Source: Candidatus Atabeyarchaeum deiterrae | GTDB taxonomy: Archaea; Asgardarchaeota; Atabeyarchaeia; Atabeyarchaeales; Atabeyarchaeaceae | Length of the DNA stretch: 64,000 nt | Assembly (NCBI GenBank): GCA_037310415.1 | Contig: CP147780.1 | Location: forward strand, 2,624,001 to 2,688,000 | Reading direction: 5' to 3' | Made by a program: the position numbers and the translations under genes | The notes under the pieces: model-generated | What the model saw: the letters and a program-made list of their open reading frames with translations, nothing else | Told to the model about the DNA's origin: nothing | Databases searched by the model: none | Shown here: piece after piece, positions 1 to 11,019 of the stretch | Numbering within the stretch: position 1 is the stretch's first letter | Layout of the letters: each line of letters starts with the position of its first letter

Positions 1-1105
1 TGTTAACGACTTTCGTCAACGGATCGCCTAAGAGCTCAAAGTACAACGGAGTCACAGGATCATTCCAATAGTCGTCGGAATACCCTCTGCTCCAAAGCAC
101 ATCATCTTTTGGAGCGGTTTTCCTCAGTCTAGTTATGGGACGAGCCTGTAGAATATGGAGCCGATTATTCCGGTCAATGGCCCATTCGATATCCTGAGGG
201 ACTCCGAAATGTTCCTCCACCCGAGAACCAACCTTGGATATATCCAGAATCTGTCCAGTTGTTAGGGAAGCTGCCATGTTCTCTTCGTCAGAGAGCTTGA
301 CATATTCAGTACCGCCTTGCTGCTTTGACTTCTCTCTAACCACTACACCTTTCTTTCCGATTCTCCTGTCAATGATGCTGAACTTCTCATGACGAGGCTT
401 TCCTTCTTTTTGGACTACAAATTGATCTGGGGAGCCTCGGCCCGACATGACCGACTCACCAAAGCCGAAGTTAGATTCAATCAGTAGTTCGCCCGGCTTT
501 GAAGAGATCGGGTTTTGCGTGAATAGAACCCCTGCACTCTTTGCAGGCACCATTTCCTGTACCGCAATCGCCAACTGTACCTTGTCATGAGGGATGCCAT
601 TCCTATGTCTGTAAGAAATCGCTCGGCTGGACCACAGGGATGCATAACATTTCTTGATGGATTGAAGAACTTGGTTAGCACTTGTCATATTCAGGAATGA
701 ATCATATTGCCCAGCAAAAGAAGCAGTTGGCAAGTCCTCTGCGGTTGCAGACGATCGAACCGCAACGTTGCGAGCAGCTAGCCGATTGTATTTCGTTTTG
801 ATTTCGTTGATTAATGTCGATGGCAGCTGGCATTCTAGTACATATTCTTGAATGGTTTTCGCGGATTTCTCGATCGATACGTAGTCTCCATAATCAATAC
901 TATCTAATGATCTATTGATAGTGTCTCTCAGATTACGTAATTCCAGGAAAGACTCGTAAGCTTTTGTCGTTACGACAAAACCCTTCGGAACTGGAAACTT
1001 GTTCCTGATTAGTTCGCCCAGATTTGCGGCCTTGCCACCAGCAGTCTTCAGATCATTCTTGGTGATTCCACCTAGATCCAAGGTCAAGGTTTCTCTATTT
1101 GCCAT
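1..1105 (-). CDS. PEP/pyruvate-binding (ATP-grasp) domain protein, PEP synthase / rifampin phosphotransferase-like; runs off window start
   Basis: Manual translation from ATG at 1105: GGKAANLGEL, VAVRSSATAEDLPTASFAGQYDSFLN, PQDIEWA, LQARPIT motifs; absent from the ORF track because it is truncated. Confidence 0.85.
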   Translation of the reverse strand, partial: MANRETLTLDLGGITKNDLKTAGGKAANLGELIRNKFPVPKGFVVTTKAYESFLELRNLRDTINRSLDSIDYGDYVSIEKSAKTIQEYVLECQLPSTLINEIKTKYNRLAARNVAVRSSATAEDLPTASFAGQYDSFLNMTSANQVLQSIKKCYASLWSSRAISYRHRNGIPHDKVQLAIAVQEMVPAKSAGVLFTQNPISSKPGELLIESNFGFGESVMSGRGSPDQFVVQKEGKPRHEKFSIIDRRIGKKGVVVREKSKQQGGTEYVKLSDEENMAASLTTGQILDISKVGSRVEEHFGVPQDIEWAIDRNNRLHILQARPITRLRKTAPKDDVLWSRGYSDDYWNDPVTPLYFELLGDPLTKVVN

Positions 1106-1432
1106 TTTACTCACTTAGTCCCAACCCCACTGACTGGCGTTTCTTTAGATCGCTCAAAGTTAATATACTTTTCATAGGAACCATGACGAAGACAGAAGCT
1201 CTTTTCGTTCTATGACGAAGACTCGCCATCTGAATTACCACACCAAAATCGGCTACGGTTCTCGGTAATTTATAATCAGAGTTTAATGAGTAACCAATCA
1301 TGTAAGTAGTGATCTTAATGTGTATGAAAGCGTAACTCTTTAACGTGAAATCGACCTCACACTTATGTGAAGGCCAACAGGCAGACACCCACCATACCTG
1401 TTTCGCGGTACTCAGGAGATGGATCATTAAGA

Positions 1433-2470
1433 ATGACTCCACCAACCTCTCAACCGACAAAGCTTTCCTTAGGTAAGGTTCCGGGTGACATTCTCAAGAG
1501 AATAGTCTTCAAGCTGACCGGAGCCACGAACCCACATGTGCTCAGTGGTCCGTCGATAGGACAGGATGCGGCAGTCATCGAATACCAAGGTAAGCTTCTT
1601 GTGGCAAAGTCTGACCCAATCTCGGGAGCAGAAAACAACGTGGGTTGGCTTGCCGTACACATCAACGCAAATGATATTGCCGTCAGAGGGGCAAAACCGC
1701 TATTCTATCTCTCCATAATAATGCTACCTGAGAATTCAGACTCCTCCACATTAGAGGAGGTATGCAAAGGAATAGATTTCGCCGCCAAAGAGCTCGACGT
1801 GTCAGTAGTAGGCGGGCACACCGAGGTCACCTCTGCTGTGTCAAGGCCAGTATTATGCGGAACAATGATTGGGGAAGCATCGCGGAACAAGATCATTCTT
1901 ACGAGTGGGGCAAAAATCGGCGACACTATAATCGTGACTAAGAACGTTGCTCTGGAGGGAACAGCGATAATTGCCTCCGACCGATACAACGAACTTCGAG
2001 GTGCGCTAGGTGACAAGCTTCTTAGACAAAGTCAGTGGTTCAAGACAAGAATTAGTGTAGTGAAAGAAGCCCTAGCCGCAGCTGACACTGGGTTCGTTAA
2101 CTGCATGAAGGACCCCACGGAAGGAGGACTGCTACAGGCATTGAATGAGATTGCTGAAGCTTCAAAGGTGGGGTACTCTATTGACGAGAGGCTTGTCCCG
2201 ATTGAAGAAGAAACAAAAAGGATTTGCGAGAATCTCCAACTAGATCCTCTCAAACTCATATCCAGCGGGATGCTTGTCGTAACTGTTCCAGAGCAAAAGG
2301 AAAAACGAGTCATCGAGAAAATCAATGGAGTCGGGGTCAAGGCGGCAAAAATAGGAACAATAAAGAGTAAAGGTAGAACGGCGAGAAGACTCTCCGGCAA
2401 GACTGAAAAAGTTGAGGAATTCGTAACCGAGGAATTGTGGAGAGCTCTCAAAGCAACAGCGAGAAAGTAG
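1433..2470 (+). CDS. AIR synthase / HypE-like (PurM superfamily) protein
   Basis: GQDAAV, SDPI, NANDIA, GGHTE, DPTEGG motifs; ATG at 1433 chosen over 1367. Confidence 0.8.
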   Translation: MTPPTSQPTKLSLGKVPGDILKRIVFKLTGATNPHVLSGPSIGQDAAVIEYQGKLLVAKSDPISGAENNVGWLAVHINANDIAVRGAKPLFYLSIIMLPENSDSSTLEEVCKGIDFAAKELDVSVVGGHTEVTSAVSRPVLCGTMIGEASRNKIILTSGAKIGDTIIVTKNVALEGTAIIASDRYNELRGALGDKLLRQSQWFKTRISVVKEALAAADTGFVNCMKDPTEGGLLQALNEIAEASKVGYSIDERLVPIEEETKRICENLQLDPLKLISSGMLVVTVPEQKEKRVIEKINGVGVKAAKIGTIKSKGRTARRLSGKTEKVEEFVTEELWRALKATARK

Positions 2471-2615
2471 AGTCGTACTAGGATCGACTGCCTCGCATGA
2501 GAAGAGACGATGCTTCACCTCTCTTTTTGAAGCCTCTCTTGAACAAAAGCTTTTATCCCAATATGAGTGCTTTAATCACATGGAATAGATTCTTTTCAAA
2601 GGTGAGTGAACATCA

Positions 2616-4016
2616 ATGGACAGAAGAAAGAAACCGAACGTTGTGCCCAAGGCTTTGACCGAAAATGAAATCATCTCTCTTTTGAGTGATATTACTCCTG
2701 AAGAAGTTAGCGAAGCGCGACGTGCTTCAATTATCCCAATGTATGATACCATATTCTTTGAGGGGGAGCCAGGAGGTGCAGTACTCAGAGACATAAATGG
2801 GGTCGAGTTTCTGGATTGCACATCCCAAGCTTGGACACTTAACGTTGGACCTTCCAATCCTGACGTGATCTATGGTGCATATGTGCAGGCTTCAAGACTG
2901 AACCATGTACGCTACGGGTACCCGACTATACCGAGAATAAAACTTATCAACAAGCTAGCAAAGATCGCACCTGGAGATTTGAAAAAAGTCTGTCTGAATA
3001 CCCAAGGAGGGTCTTATGCAGTAGAGGCGGCTATGAAGCTGGCAATGATTAACAAACCCGGATCGTCTCTGTTCGTCACATTTCTTAGAGGTTACCAAGG
3101 AAGCACCCTAGCGACATTAGGTGCAAGTGCCTTCATCCGTGAAGGAATTAGGATGCCTGGATTTGGATTGGATCACTATGTCAAGGCTCCTTATCCCTAC
3201 TGTTATAGATGTGCTTACGGTGAGGAAAGTCCCGATCAATGTAACAATGAGTGCCTGTCAACCCTTGAGCAGCTGGTGGACAGAGGAGTAAATGTTCCTG
3301 TTACGGGAATGATAGTCGAACCCATGCAGGGTCCAGGAGGCCAAGTTCCCGCACCAAAGAAATTCCTTGAAGGTCTCAGGAAGATATGCAATGACAGGAA
3401 GATAGTATTGATCTTTGATGAGGCTCAGACTGGTTTTGGGAGAATAGGTAAATGGTTTGCGGCAGAACTCTATGGTGTCATGCCGGACATAATCTGCTTC
3501 ACCAAGGCTCTGGGCGGCGGATTTCCAATAGGTGGAATACTCGCAAGCAAGAAACTCAAGCAGTCCTTCCTAACGCCTGGTGAAGAACACTCAACATTCG
3601 GTGCAAACCCGGTCTCGTTCGCGGCAGCAGTAGTAACCCTAGAAGTCATTGAAAGACTTAACCTCATGAAAAACGCAGAGGAACAAGGAAAGTACTTCAC
3701 AAAAAGGATCAAGGAGGAATTCATGGACAAATATCCAATCATCGGAGACATCAGAGGACCTGGACTGTTCATCGGAATGGAAATGGTGAAAGACCGCAAG
3801 ACCAAAGAACCTGCAACAATGGAAGCTAACGCGATAGTTGGAGAGGCGTTCAAGAGACATGTCATGTTCGACTTGAGCATGACTGACACCACAGCCAAGG
3901 GCGAGATGATCAGGAACGTAGTAAAGTTCAAACCCCCACTCGTCATTACCAGAGAGCAAGTGGATCACGCTTTGGATGTCTTTGAAGAATCAATCAAAGC
4001 AGTGACAAAGAAGTAG
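2616..4016 (+). CDS. Class III PLP-dependent aminotransferase (4-aminobutyrate/acetylornithine family)
   Basis: IFDEAQTGFGRIG...PDIICFTKALGGGFPIG and STFGANP motifs. Confidence 0.9.
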   Translation: MDRRKKPNVVPKALTENEIISLLSDITPEEVSEARRASIIPMYDTIFFEGEPGGAVLRDINGVEFLDCTSQAWTLNVGPSNPDVIYGAYVQASRLNHVRYGYPTIPRIKLINKLAKIAPGDLKKVCLNTQGGSYAVEAAMKLAMINKPGSSLFVTFLRGYQGSTLATLGASAFIREGIRMPGFGLDHYVKAPYPYCYRCAYGEESPDQCNNECLSTLEQLVDRGVNVPVTGMIVEPMQGPGGQVPAPKKFLEGLRKICNDRKIVLIFDEAQTGFGRIGKWFAAELYGVMPDIICFTKALGGGFPIGGILASKKLKQSFLTPGEEHSTFGANPVSFAAAVVTLEVIERLNLMKNAEEQGKYFTKRIKEEFMDKYPIIGDIRGPGLFIGMEMVKDRKTKEPATMEANAIVGEAFKRHVMFDLSMTDTTAKGEMIRNVVKFKPPLVITREQVDHALDVFEESIKAVTKK

Positions 4017-4178
4017 CCAACTACTTAGCCTCTTGTCAGTCTACTTCTTTCTCTTATTCTCTTGCAAGACATGGTTGGGCCCCAAAAAAGAGAAACATGG
4101 CGACAAATTCTCCGCCCAATGTTACACTTTTTTCCTCAAATGAACGCAACGCTGTTCAAACAGTTGGAGAGAAACTCA

Positions 4179-5432
4179 ATGGCAGAAGTATTGGATAGGT
4201 TTGTCCGGTATGTTAAGATTCACACGACAAGTAAAGAGGACGTTGAGGAAGTTCCTAGCACTAAAATACAGTTCGACTTGGCCAATGTTTTGGTGGAGGA
4301 ATTAAAGCAACTAAGACTCATAGATGCGAAGGTTGACAGGCATTGTATTGTCACCGCAACCCTGCCATCCAATTTGCCAACCAATGTGAAAACTCCCGTC
4401 TTGACCTTTAATGCGCACCTGGATACTTCACCAGAAGAGCCAGGGGAAAATGTCAAACCCAATCTGGTCAGGAACTATCGAGGAGGGGAGATCAAACTTC
4501 CTGGCGACCCCAACATTGTGATCTCTCCAGACGACAGACCGATCTTGAAGGAGTACATCGGACACGACATTGTCACAAGTGACGGCACCACCCTACTAGG
4601 GGCTGACGACAAGGCGGGGGTCGCGGTAATAATGACAGCCGTTTCTGCTCTCGTCAGAGATCCCTCCCGAAAACACGGAACAGTAAGAGTCGTCTTTACG
4701 CCTGATGAAGAAGTAGGGACAGGCATTGAGATGCTGGATATTCCGGCGCTCAAATCAGACTATGCGTTCACCGTCGACAATGACGGGCTATATCTTGGAG
4801 TCGAGACTTTCAATGCCGCACGCGGAACAATAACAGTAAAGGGGTTCAATATCCATCCAGGAGAAGCATATGATAAGATGGTCAACTCTATTCGCGTACT
4901 GCCAGATCTAGTCAGCCTTTTCCCTGTAACAGTCGCGCCAGAAACTACCAAAGATCATCAAGGATATTACCACCCGTACGAAATTGAGGCTTCAGTCAAT
5001 GAAGCTAGACTACGTTTCCTCTTGAGAGACTTTGATTATAATGAGTTGAAGAAGAAAATGGTCAACATTCAAGAAGGAGTCAAGAGGATACAGCAGAAAC
5101 ATCCAAAGGCCCAGGTAATCCTGCAGCTACAGGATCAATATCGTAATATGAAAGAGATCTTGGACAAGGTTCCGGAGATTGTCGGGACTGCTGAAGAGGC
5201 AATCAGAAGAACTGGACTGAGGGTGAGAATTAAACCAATTCGCGGTGGAACTGATGGCGCCCGCATGTCCTTCAAAGGGCTACCAACTCCGAACTTGTTC
5301 TGCGGTTATGTGAATGAGCACAGCAAGAAAGAGTTTGTCTCAGTACAGGTAATGGAGAAGGCAACTGAAACCGTGTTGAATATTATCGATATATTTGCCC
5401 AGAAAAACGTAGGCAATCAGAAGAGTGAATAG
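4179..5432 (+). CDS. pepT: Peptidase T (M20B tripeptidase)
   Basis: LDRFVRYVKIHT, AHLDTS, DGTTLLGADDKAG, FTPDEEVG, IRGGTDG motifs. Confidence 0.9.
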   Translation: MAEVLDRFVRYVKIHTTSKEDVEEVPSTKIQFDLANVLVEELKQLRLIDAKVDRHCIVTATLPSNLPTNVKTPVLTFNAHLDTSPEEPGENVKPNLVRNYRGGEIKLPGDPNIVISPDDRPILKEYIGHDIVTSDGTTLLGADDKAGVAVIMTAVSALVRDPSRKHGTVRVVFTPDEEVGTGIEMLDIPALKSDYAFTVDNDGLYLGVETFNAARGTITVKGFNIHPGEAYDKMVNSIRVLPDLVSLFPVTVAPETTKDHQGYYHPYEIEASVNEARLRFLLRDFDYNELKKKMVNIQEGVKRIQQKHPKAQVILQLQDQYRNMKEILDKVPEIVGTAEEAIRRTGLRVRIKPIRGGTDGARMSFKGLPTPNLFCGYVNEHSKKEFVSVQVMEKATETVLNIIDIFAQKNVGNQKSE

Positions 5433-5497
5433 GCATGGTTGTCTACAAGAAACGTCACTCCGCTTTGAAGCTCAAGTTGGCAATCGCATAACGAGCT

Positions 5498-7000
5498 CTA
5501 CAGATCGTATATGGGTTTCATCTTTTCGTTCAGGTATCTCAGGAACGGCTGGGAATCGACGTCTTTGCCAGTGATTGTCTTAACCAAGTCGAATGAATCC
5601 ATTATGTTGCCCTTTTCGCATATGTTTTCTCTTAGCCAAGAAAACGCGGGTGAGAAATCGCCCCTTGCGAGTGCTTCTCGCCATCTCGGAATTCTCCGTT
5701 CCATCGCTTCAATGAGCATGCCGTCGTAGACGTTTCCTAATGCGTAGTCGGGGAAGTACCCGAAGTAACCATTTGCCCAGTGGGTGTCTTGCATGACTCC
5801 CTCTGAATCATTTTCGATCTTGATGCCCAAGAACCTGTCCATTTTTTCGTTCCAGATCTCTGGCAACTCGCTGACATTGATCTTCTCAGCAAAGAGTTCC
5901 TTTTCTATCTCAAATCGCAAGATTATGTGCAGTGAGTAGGTGACCTCGTCTGCCTGAATACGGATTTTGGATGGCTTCACGTCATTTACAGCTCTTAGGA
6001 TCATGTCAAGGTTAACATCGTTGAATGTGTTGCTGGTGATCTTATTTAGCACTGGCAAGAAGTATGCCCAAAAGTCCCGGCTTCTGCCAACCACGTTCTC
6101 GACGAATCTCGACATTGATTCGTGAATCCCCATTGAACAGTACCTGCTGATGGGTTGATAACGAGATTTCGATGGTAGATTCTGATCGTAGAGGGCATGA
6201 CCAGACTCGTGTAGAACGGAGAATATTGACGCCGTCAAGTTTGTCTCATAATAGTGTGTGCATATGCGAACGTCATCGTACATGCCAGTCGTAAACGGGT
6301 GCTCAGTTTCGTCTAGGCGCCCTCTCTTCAGGTCATACTTAGCGAATTCCATCAACTTCTGAGATATCGTCCTCTGAACATCAACGGGCACAGGTCGCTT
6401 AATAAAAGACAAGTCCGCTTTGTTTCTCGACCCAACGCATTTCTTGATTAGAGGGATTAGCCCATTTTTCAACGGTTCAAACACTCGGCCAATGGTTGCT
6501 GCAGTCGCGCCAGGTTCATAGTAATCGATAAGTGCGTCATATGGGTCCCTATCAGGTGCCCAATAGTGCGCCTTCTTCTTCAGGAGATCCAACATCTTCT
6601 CCAAGTCTGACTTGAACATGGAGAAATCCTTGGCGGCTTTCGCTTTCTTCCATGCGCTGTTGCAGACTATGGCGTGCTTCCCGATTGCCTCGACGAGTTC
6701 GTCTGGCAGTTTGGTCTCGAGATCATAAAGGCGCTGGATGAAGTAGACATTGCGTTTATCCTCGGCGCCGAAATTCTCATATTCCGGTGATTTCTTCACT
6801 TTAGTAAGTAGAGTCTTGACTTCGGGGTCGATCCACTTCCGATGAATAAGCTGCTCGATCAGTGCCATTTGCATTGAACGTTGTTCGATCCCGCCCTGAG
6901 GCATCTGGGTCTCATAGTCCCATTCCATGAGGTTCTTGATGCTTTCCCAAAGCATCAAATCCTTTGCTCTTAGAAGCAGTGTTCTGTAATCATCAACCAT
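5498..7000 (-). CDS. Thermostable carboxypeptidase, family M32
   Basis: HPFT, HESGHALY, HESMSRF, IRIQADE, QDTHW, GYFPDYALG motifs. Confidence 0.92.
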   Translation of the reverse strand: MVDDYRTLLLRAKDLMLWESIKNLMEWDYETQMPQGGIEQRSMQMALIEQLIHRKWIDPEVKTLLTKVKKSPEYENFGAEDKRNVYFIQRLYDLETKLPDELVEAIGKHAIVCNSAWKKAKAAKDFSMFKSDLEKMLDLLKKKAHYWAPDRDPYDALIDYYEPGATAATIGRVFEPLKNGLIPLIKKCVGSRNKADLSFIKRPVPVDVQRTISQKLMEFAKYDLKRGRLDETEHPFTTGMYDDVRICTHYYETNLTASIFSVLHESGHALYDQNLPSKSRYQPISRYCSMGIHESMSRFVENVVGRSRDFWAYFLPVLNKITSNTFNDVNLDMILRAVNDVKPSKIRIQADEVTYSLHIILRFEIEKELFAEKINVSELPEIWNEKMDRFLGIKIENDSEGVMQDTHWANGYFGYFPDYALGNVYDGMLIEAMERRIPRWREALARGDFSPAFSWLRENICEKGNIMDSFDLVKTITGKDVDSQPFLRYLNEKMKPIYDL

Positions 7001-7337
7001 GGATGATTCTCTCTCCTAGGGAGAATTGATCTCAACCTCGATATTTAGGTATCTACTTGAAGAAGTTGCTTGATAAATAACTTCCTTAGGTCAGTTATCC
7101 ATCGCTGAAGCTTGTGGGCTCGCAACTCGGGGTTGTCTGGTGCGACCTTTCAAACCCTTCACCTTGCCAAACGCGCCTACTGACGGAAGTGGTGGGATAT
7201 ACTAGAATAGTAGGCTGACCGGGGTCTTCCGAAGATGGTTCTTTTCACGAATCTCAAGGATGTAAAGATCAAAGAGAAAGTATATAATCCTGTACCAGTC
7301 TTAAAACTCAGAACGGGCGCAGGTCGAGATTGACTCC

Positions 7338-7721
7338 ATGCGAAGTGAATTGCACAAAAAATCTGAATTGAAGATCGGCTCCGTTGTCATCGATTGCATC
7401 AACTTCGACAAGATGTTGGCATTTTGGCAGGAGGCGCTCCACTACATCACGAGAAGGCCAGCTAAAGACGGCTGGGTGATTCTTCACGACCCTGCTGGAA
7501 GAAACACAAATGTGTCTTTGAATCAAGTTTCAAAGAAGCTTATGGGTAGAAACTGGTTACACTTTGACCTATATACCAACGACCAAGGGGGAGAAGTAGA
7601 AAGGCTGCTCAAGATGGGAGCTACACGCCATCCTCAAACCTATGATCCGGAGGATGATTTTATCGTCCTTGAGGATCCAGATGGCAACCTCTTCTGCGTG
7701 GTCGACACAAGCAAGCGTTGA
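7338..7721 (+). CDS. VOC/glyoxalase family protein
   Basis: VVIDC...AFWQEAL, NWLHFDL, VLEDPDGNLFCVV. Confidence 0.85.
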   Translation: MRSELHKKSELKIGSVVIDCINFDKMLAFWQEALHYITRRPAKDGWVILHDPAGRNTNVSLNQVSKKLMGRNWLHFDLYTNDQGGEVERLLKMGATRHPQTYDPEDDFIVLEDPDGNLFCVVDTSKR

Positions 7722-7839
7722 TATTCGATGTTCGGATGCAGGCACTTTCTCATAGTATTCCAACGGGTGCAACCACAAAATGCAGCTCGTAAAAAACAAA
7801 AGCAAAAATCAAAGAAAACCTAAAATTCAAAGTCCAAGT

Positions 7840-8421
7840 TTAGACCCTTAGCGAGCCACGGAACCCCCTAACGCCATAGTAAGAGGGCGCACTGTTATGA
7901 TACACGAAGACATTGCCGTAGCGGCGATCAGCAAAGAGGGCGCCGCCGAGTTTTCTAATATCAGAAGGTGTTTTCACCCAGCTCGATGTCTTCGTATCGA
8001 AATTTCCAAGTTTCTGCAACTCTCGATATTGTTCTTCCGTTAAAAGCTCAATGCCCATGGCAGCTGCCATATCAACAGCGTTATCTTCTGGTTTAAATGC
8101 TTTCCTTGCCTCCTGCCCTTCACGGTCGTAACAAACATTTCTGCGGCCTTTAGGACTTTCTGCTGAACAATCATAAAAAATGTATTCGCCCGTCTTTTTA
8201 TCATGACCAACAACATCCGGTTCACCGCCAGTTCTTTCCATTTCATTGAGTGACCACAGTTTTTCAGTATTAGCTTCCAGCTTTGCTTGTACTTTAGCCC
8301 ATTCAAGACCTTCATGGCGGTTCATGTTTTTCTCAAAACGGGCTTTCAATGCTCTGAGTAGTTCTTCACGTTGTTCTGGTGACAACTCTTTTTTGAGCTT
8401 GCGCATAATCATATTATTCAT
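7840..8421 (-). CDS. DUF4256 family protein
   Basis: LKARFEKNMNRH, EMERTGGEPDVV, DCSAESPKGRR, GFRGSLRV; start uncertain. Confidence 0.8.
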   Translation of the reverse strand: MNNMIMRKLKKELSPEQREELLRALKARFEKNMNRHEGLEWAKVQAKLEANTEKLWSLNEMERTGGEPDVVGHDKKTGEYIFYDCSAESPKGRRNVCYDREGQEARKAFKPEDNAVDMAAAMGIELLTEEQYRELQKLGNFDTKTSSWVKTPSDIRKLGGALFADRRYGNVFVYHNSAPSYYGVRGFRGSLRV

Positions 8422-8793
8422 CCCGAGTCTATAAAACCATCTATGCAGGGTGACGTTTACTTTACAGCTCACAACTGGAATCATGCTACAATTTCCTCTG
8501 CCCCCTGAAGGGCGTGGGCTTCCTTGTAGCGAACATCGTGATTTGAATACTGCGTTGTTGACGCCCAGCTAATAGAGCAAGCGCTGGGTCCATTTGAGAG
8601 GGAATCCCTGAGCTGATTTCGGGAAGGACTTGGATTGCGTCGCGTCACAATCGCTGACCGACTTGGAAAGATCAGCAAGGGACACCAGAAAAGAGTAAGA
8701 AGTCAACGACAAACCATAAATGCTTAGATTGCTCGTACATTGTCATCGCTGTAAATAGGGGGAGCGCCTAAAACAAATGGGCAAAGGAGTAAC

Positions 8794-9393
8794 ATGAAAA
8801 TGACTTCACCAGCAAAGAAGGAGACGAACCCTCACTTTTCGGTGTTGGCCCTTATTTTCTTCATGGCTTCCTTCTTGGTCGCCAGAACGTTCACAACCTT
8901 GAGCCCCAATACTATCATCCTAGTTGAGGGCGGTATTCACATACACCACTTCTGGTTCGGTTTGGCACTACTTGCTGTAGGAGGCTGGATGGGCATTGTC
9001 AATCAGAACCAGCGAATCGACCAATTGGCTGCGGTTCTCTATGGTGCAGGAGCAGGTCTCATAGCAGATGAGTTCGGGCTCCTACTCACCTTTGGAGACT
9101 ACTGGACAGGGTGGACATATACAATTGTAATCGTTCTTGTGACACTGGCATCCATGGGGATATTATTGGCCAAGTATTCAAGAACAATTCGTACATATGC
9201 GTGGGGGTTATCCAAGAGAAGCGCAACACTGTATCTCGGGATCTTTCTAGGAGTCGTTTCCGTGGCATTTCTCTTGACAACGAACAACGTGATGGTCTTC
9301 GATGTTGCGTGCGTGATCGCAGTAATTGCTCTCGTGATGATTCTCATCTATGTTGTTCAACGGTCAAGATCGAAACCTTTGAAGAAGAACTGA
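8794..9393 (+). CDS. Integral membrane protein
   Basis: Several hydrophobic helices, HIHHFWFG and LIADEF motifs; GGAG RBS upstream. Confidence 0.7.
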   Translation: MKMTSPAKKETNPHFSVLALIFFMASFLVARTFTTLSPNTIILVEGGIHIHHFWFGLALLAVGGWMGIVNQNQRIDQLAAVLYGAGAGLIADEFGLLLTFGDYWTGWTYTIVIVLVTLASMGILLAKYSRTIRTYAWGLSKRSATLYLGIFLGVVSVAFLLTTNNVMVFDVACVIAVIALVMILIYVVQRSRSKPLKKN

Positions 9394-9671
9394 AAGTCGG
9401 TTTCACGCTGGCGAGATGGATTGACGTCTGTCTGCAGAACTCCAAGACGCGCTGAAACTCAAATGAACTTCGGACTCAAGTAGAAAATTGGGACCCGCTA
9501 AGAAAGGGCAGGTGCGTCCAGTTCTATTTGAACATGTTGGCGCACGGTACCCCAAGAGATGCTGCCAAGGGAAGAAAGAAGTCGATCTTAGCTGGTGCCG
9601 CCGCGCGAAGAAAAGTGTGTACAAAGGAAAGTCTGCTGAGAGAGAACATCAAGAGTATGGCTTGTGAGAAG

Positions 9672-10232
9672 ATGCCCAACAAGAAGAAGATTCAACATCA
9701 AGATGTGTTGACTGGGAAAAGGGTCTATCTGAGACCGTTCGCCAAGCATGACCTTCTCCACAGCCAAAGATGGTCCAATGATCCCGAAATCAGGAAGCTA
9801 ATAGGCGAAGTGGCACCTGTTAGCCGCAAGGAAGCTGAAAAGCGATACAAGGAAATGCGCGCCGCCAAGGATGAGGTATGGTTTGCAGTCGTCTTGAGAG
9901 AAGGAAACAGGGTAATCGGAGAGGCTGGACTGCTGCGAATGTTCAAGCCATGGCGATGCACTGACGTGACCATCATCGTCGGGGAGAAGGACGCATGGGG
10001 AAAGGGTTATGGAACTGAAGTCGGTCATCTTCTTCTTGATTACGCGTTCAATCGGCTAGGTTTCCACCGAATCTCAATAGGTGTGGTTGGCTTCAACGAG
10101 AGAGCCTTGAAGTTTTGGGAAGGTCTTGGCTTCAAGAAGGAAGGCGTGGAGAGAGATGGGTATTACTACGACAACAGGTACAGTGACTTTGTCATGATGA
10201 GTATTCTTGAGGATGAGTTCAACGAATCGTAG
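9672..10232 (+). CDS. GNAT N-acetyltransferase, RimJ/RimL type
   Basis: GKRVYLRP, WGKGYGTE, NERALKFWEGLGFKKEG. Confidence 0.85.
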   Translation: MPNKKKIQHQDVLTGKRVYLRPFAKHDLLHSQRWSNDPEIRKLIGEVAPVSRKEAEKRYKEMRAAKDEVWFAVVLREGNRVIGEAGLLRMFKPWRCTDVTIIVGEKDAWGKGYGTEVGHLLLDYAFNRLGFHRISIGVVGFNERALKFWEGLGFKKEGVERDGYYYDNRYSDFVMMSILEDEFNES

Positions 10233-10325
10233 TTAAGCTGAATGCGCTCGTTCCTAGATCCAAAGAGACAAGGGTACTAACTGATCCCAACTCAAATAAC
10301 GGACGAATTCGTACCCAAGGTAGGT

Positions 10326-10910
10326 TTGACAAACATGACAAATGCCGAAGAATTGCACTTCATTGATAGGGGTCAGTGGCGCTCTTGGCTTGTAAAAAAC
10401 CATGACACAAAGACCGAAGTCTGGCTGATCTTCTACAAGAAGCTTGCAGGCGCCACCAGCATATCATATGATGACGCGGTTGAAGAGGCATTGTGCTTTG
10501 GCTGGATCGACAGCATAATAAAGAGAATAGATGAGAACAAGTTTGCACGAAAGTTCACCCGCCGCAAACCGAAGAGTAAATGGTCCAAATCAAACAGAGA
10601 AAGAGCCGAGAGGATGATCAAAGAAGGAAGAATGACGGAATACGGGCTGTCTCAAATCAGAGAAGCAAAGGAAAACGGTGAATGGTTCATTGTCAATTCA
10701 CGCCCCATTGAACTTGAAATTCCCCAATTCGTAAAAGAAGAACTTGCATTGAATAAGAAAGCCTCATGGAGTTTCGATAGCTTAGCCAAGTCCAATAAGC
10801 AGCAGTACATCAAATGGATTCTGAGCGCAAAAAGAGATGAGACCCGCAAGAGACGCCTTGCTGAGGCTGTCGAGCATCTTGAAAAAGGCGAGAAACTGGG
10901 CATGAAATAG
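10326..10910 (+). CDS. YdeI/OmpD-associated family protein
   Basis: WRSWLVKNH, ALCFGWIDS, SKWSKSN, WILSAKRDETR. Confidence 0.85.
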   Translation: MTNMTNAEELHFIDRGQWRSWLVKNHDTKTEVWLIFYKKLAGATSISYDDAVEEALCFGWIDSIIKRIDENKFARKFTRRKPKSKWSKSNRERAERMIKEGRMTEYGLSQIREAKENGEWFIVNSRPIELEIPQFVKEELALNKKASWSFDSLAKSNKQQYIKWILSAKRDETRKRRLAEAVEHLEKGEKLGMK

Positions 10911-11019
10911 AGGCGACTTGGGAAGCATCATGGTTGAAAAGACATGTGGTCAGCCCGATTAGCATATGGAGAACCGGCGTGGTCTATGGATGATTCTAGT
11001 ACACAGGTCAACGCATAGA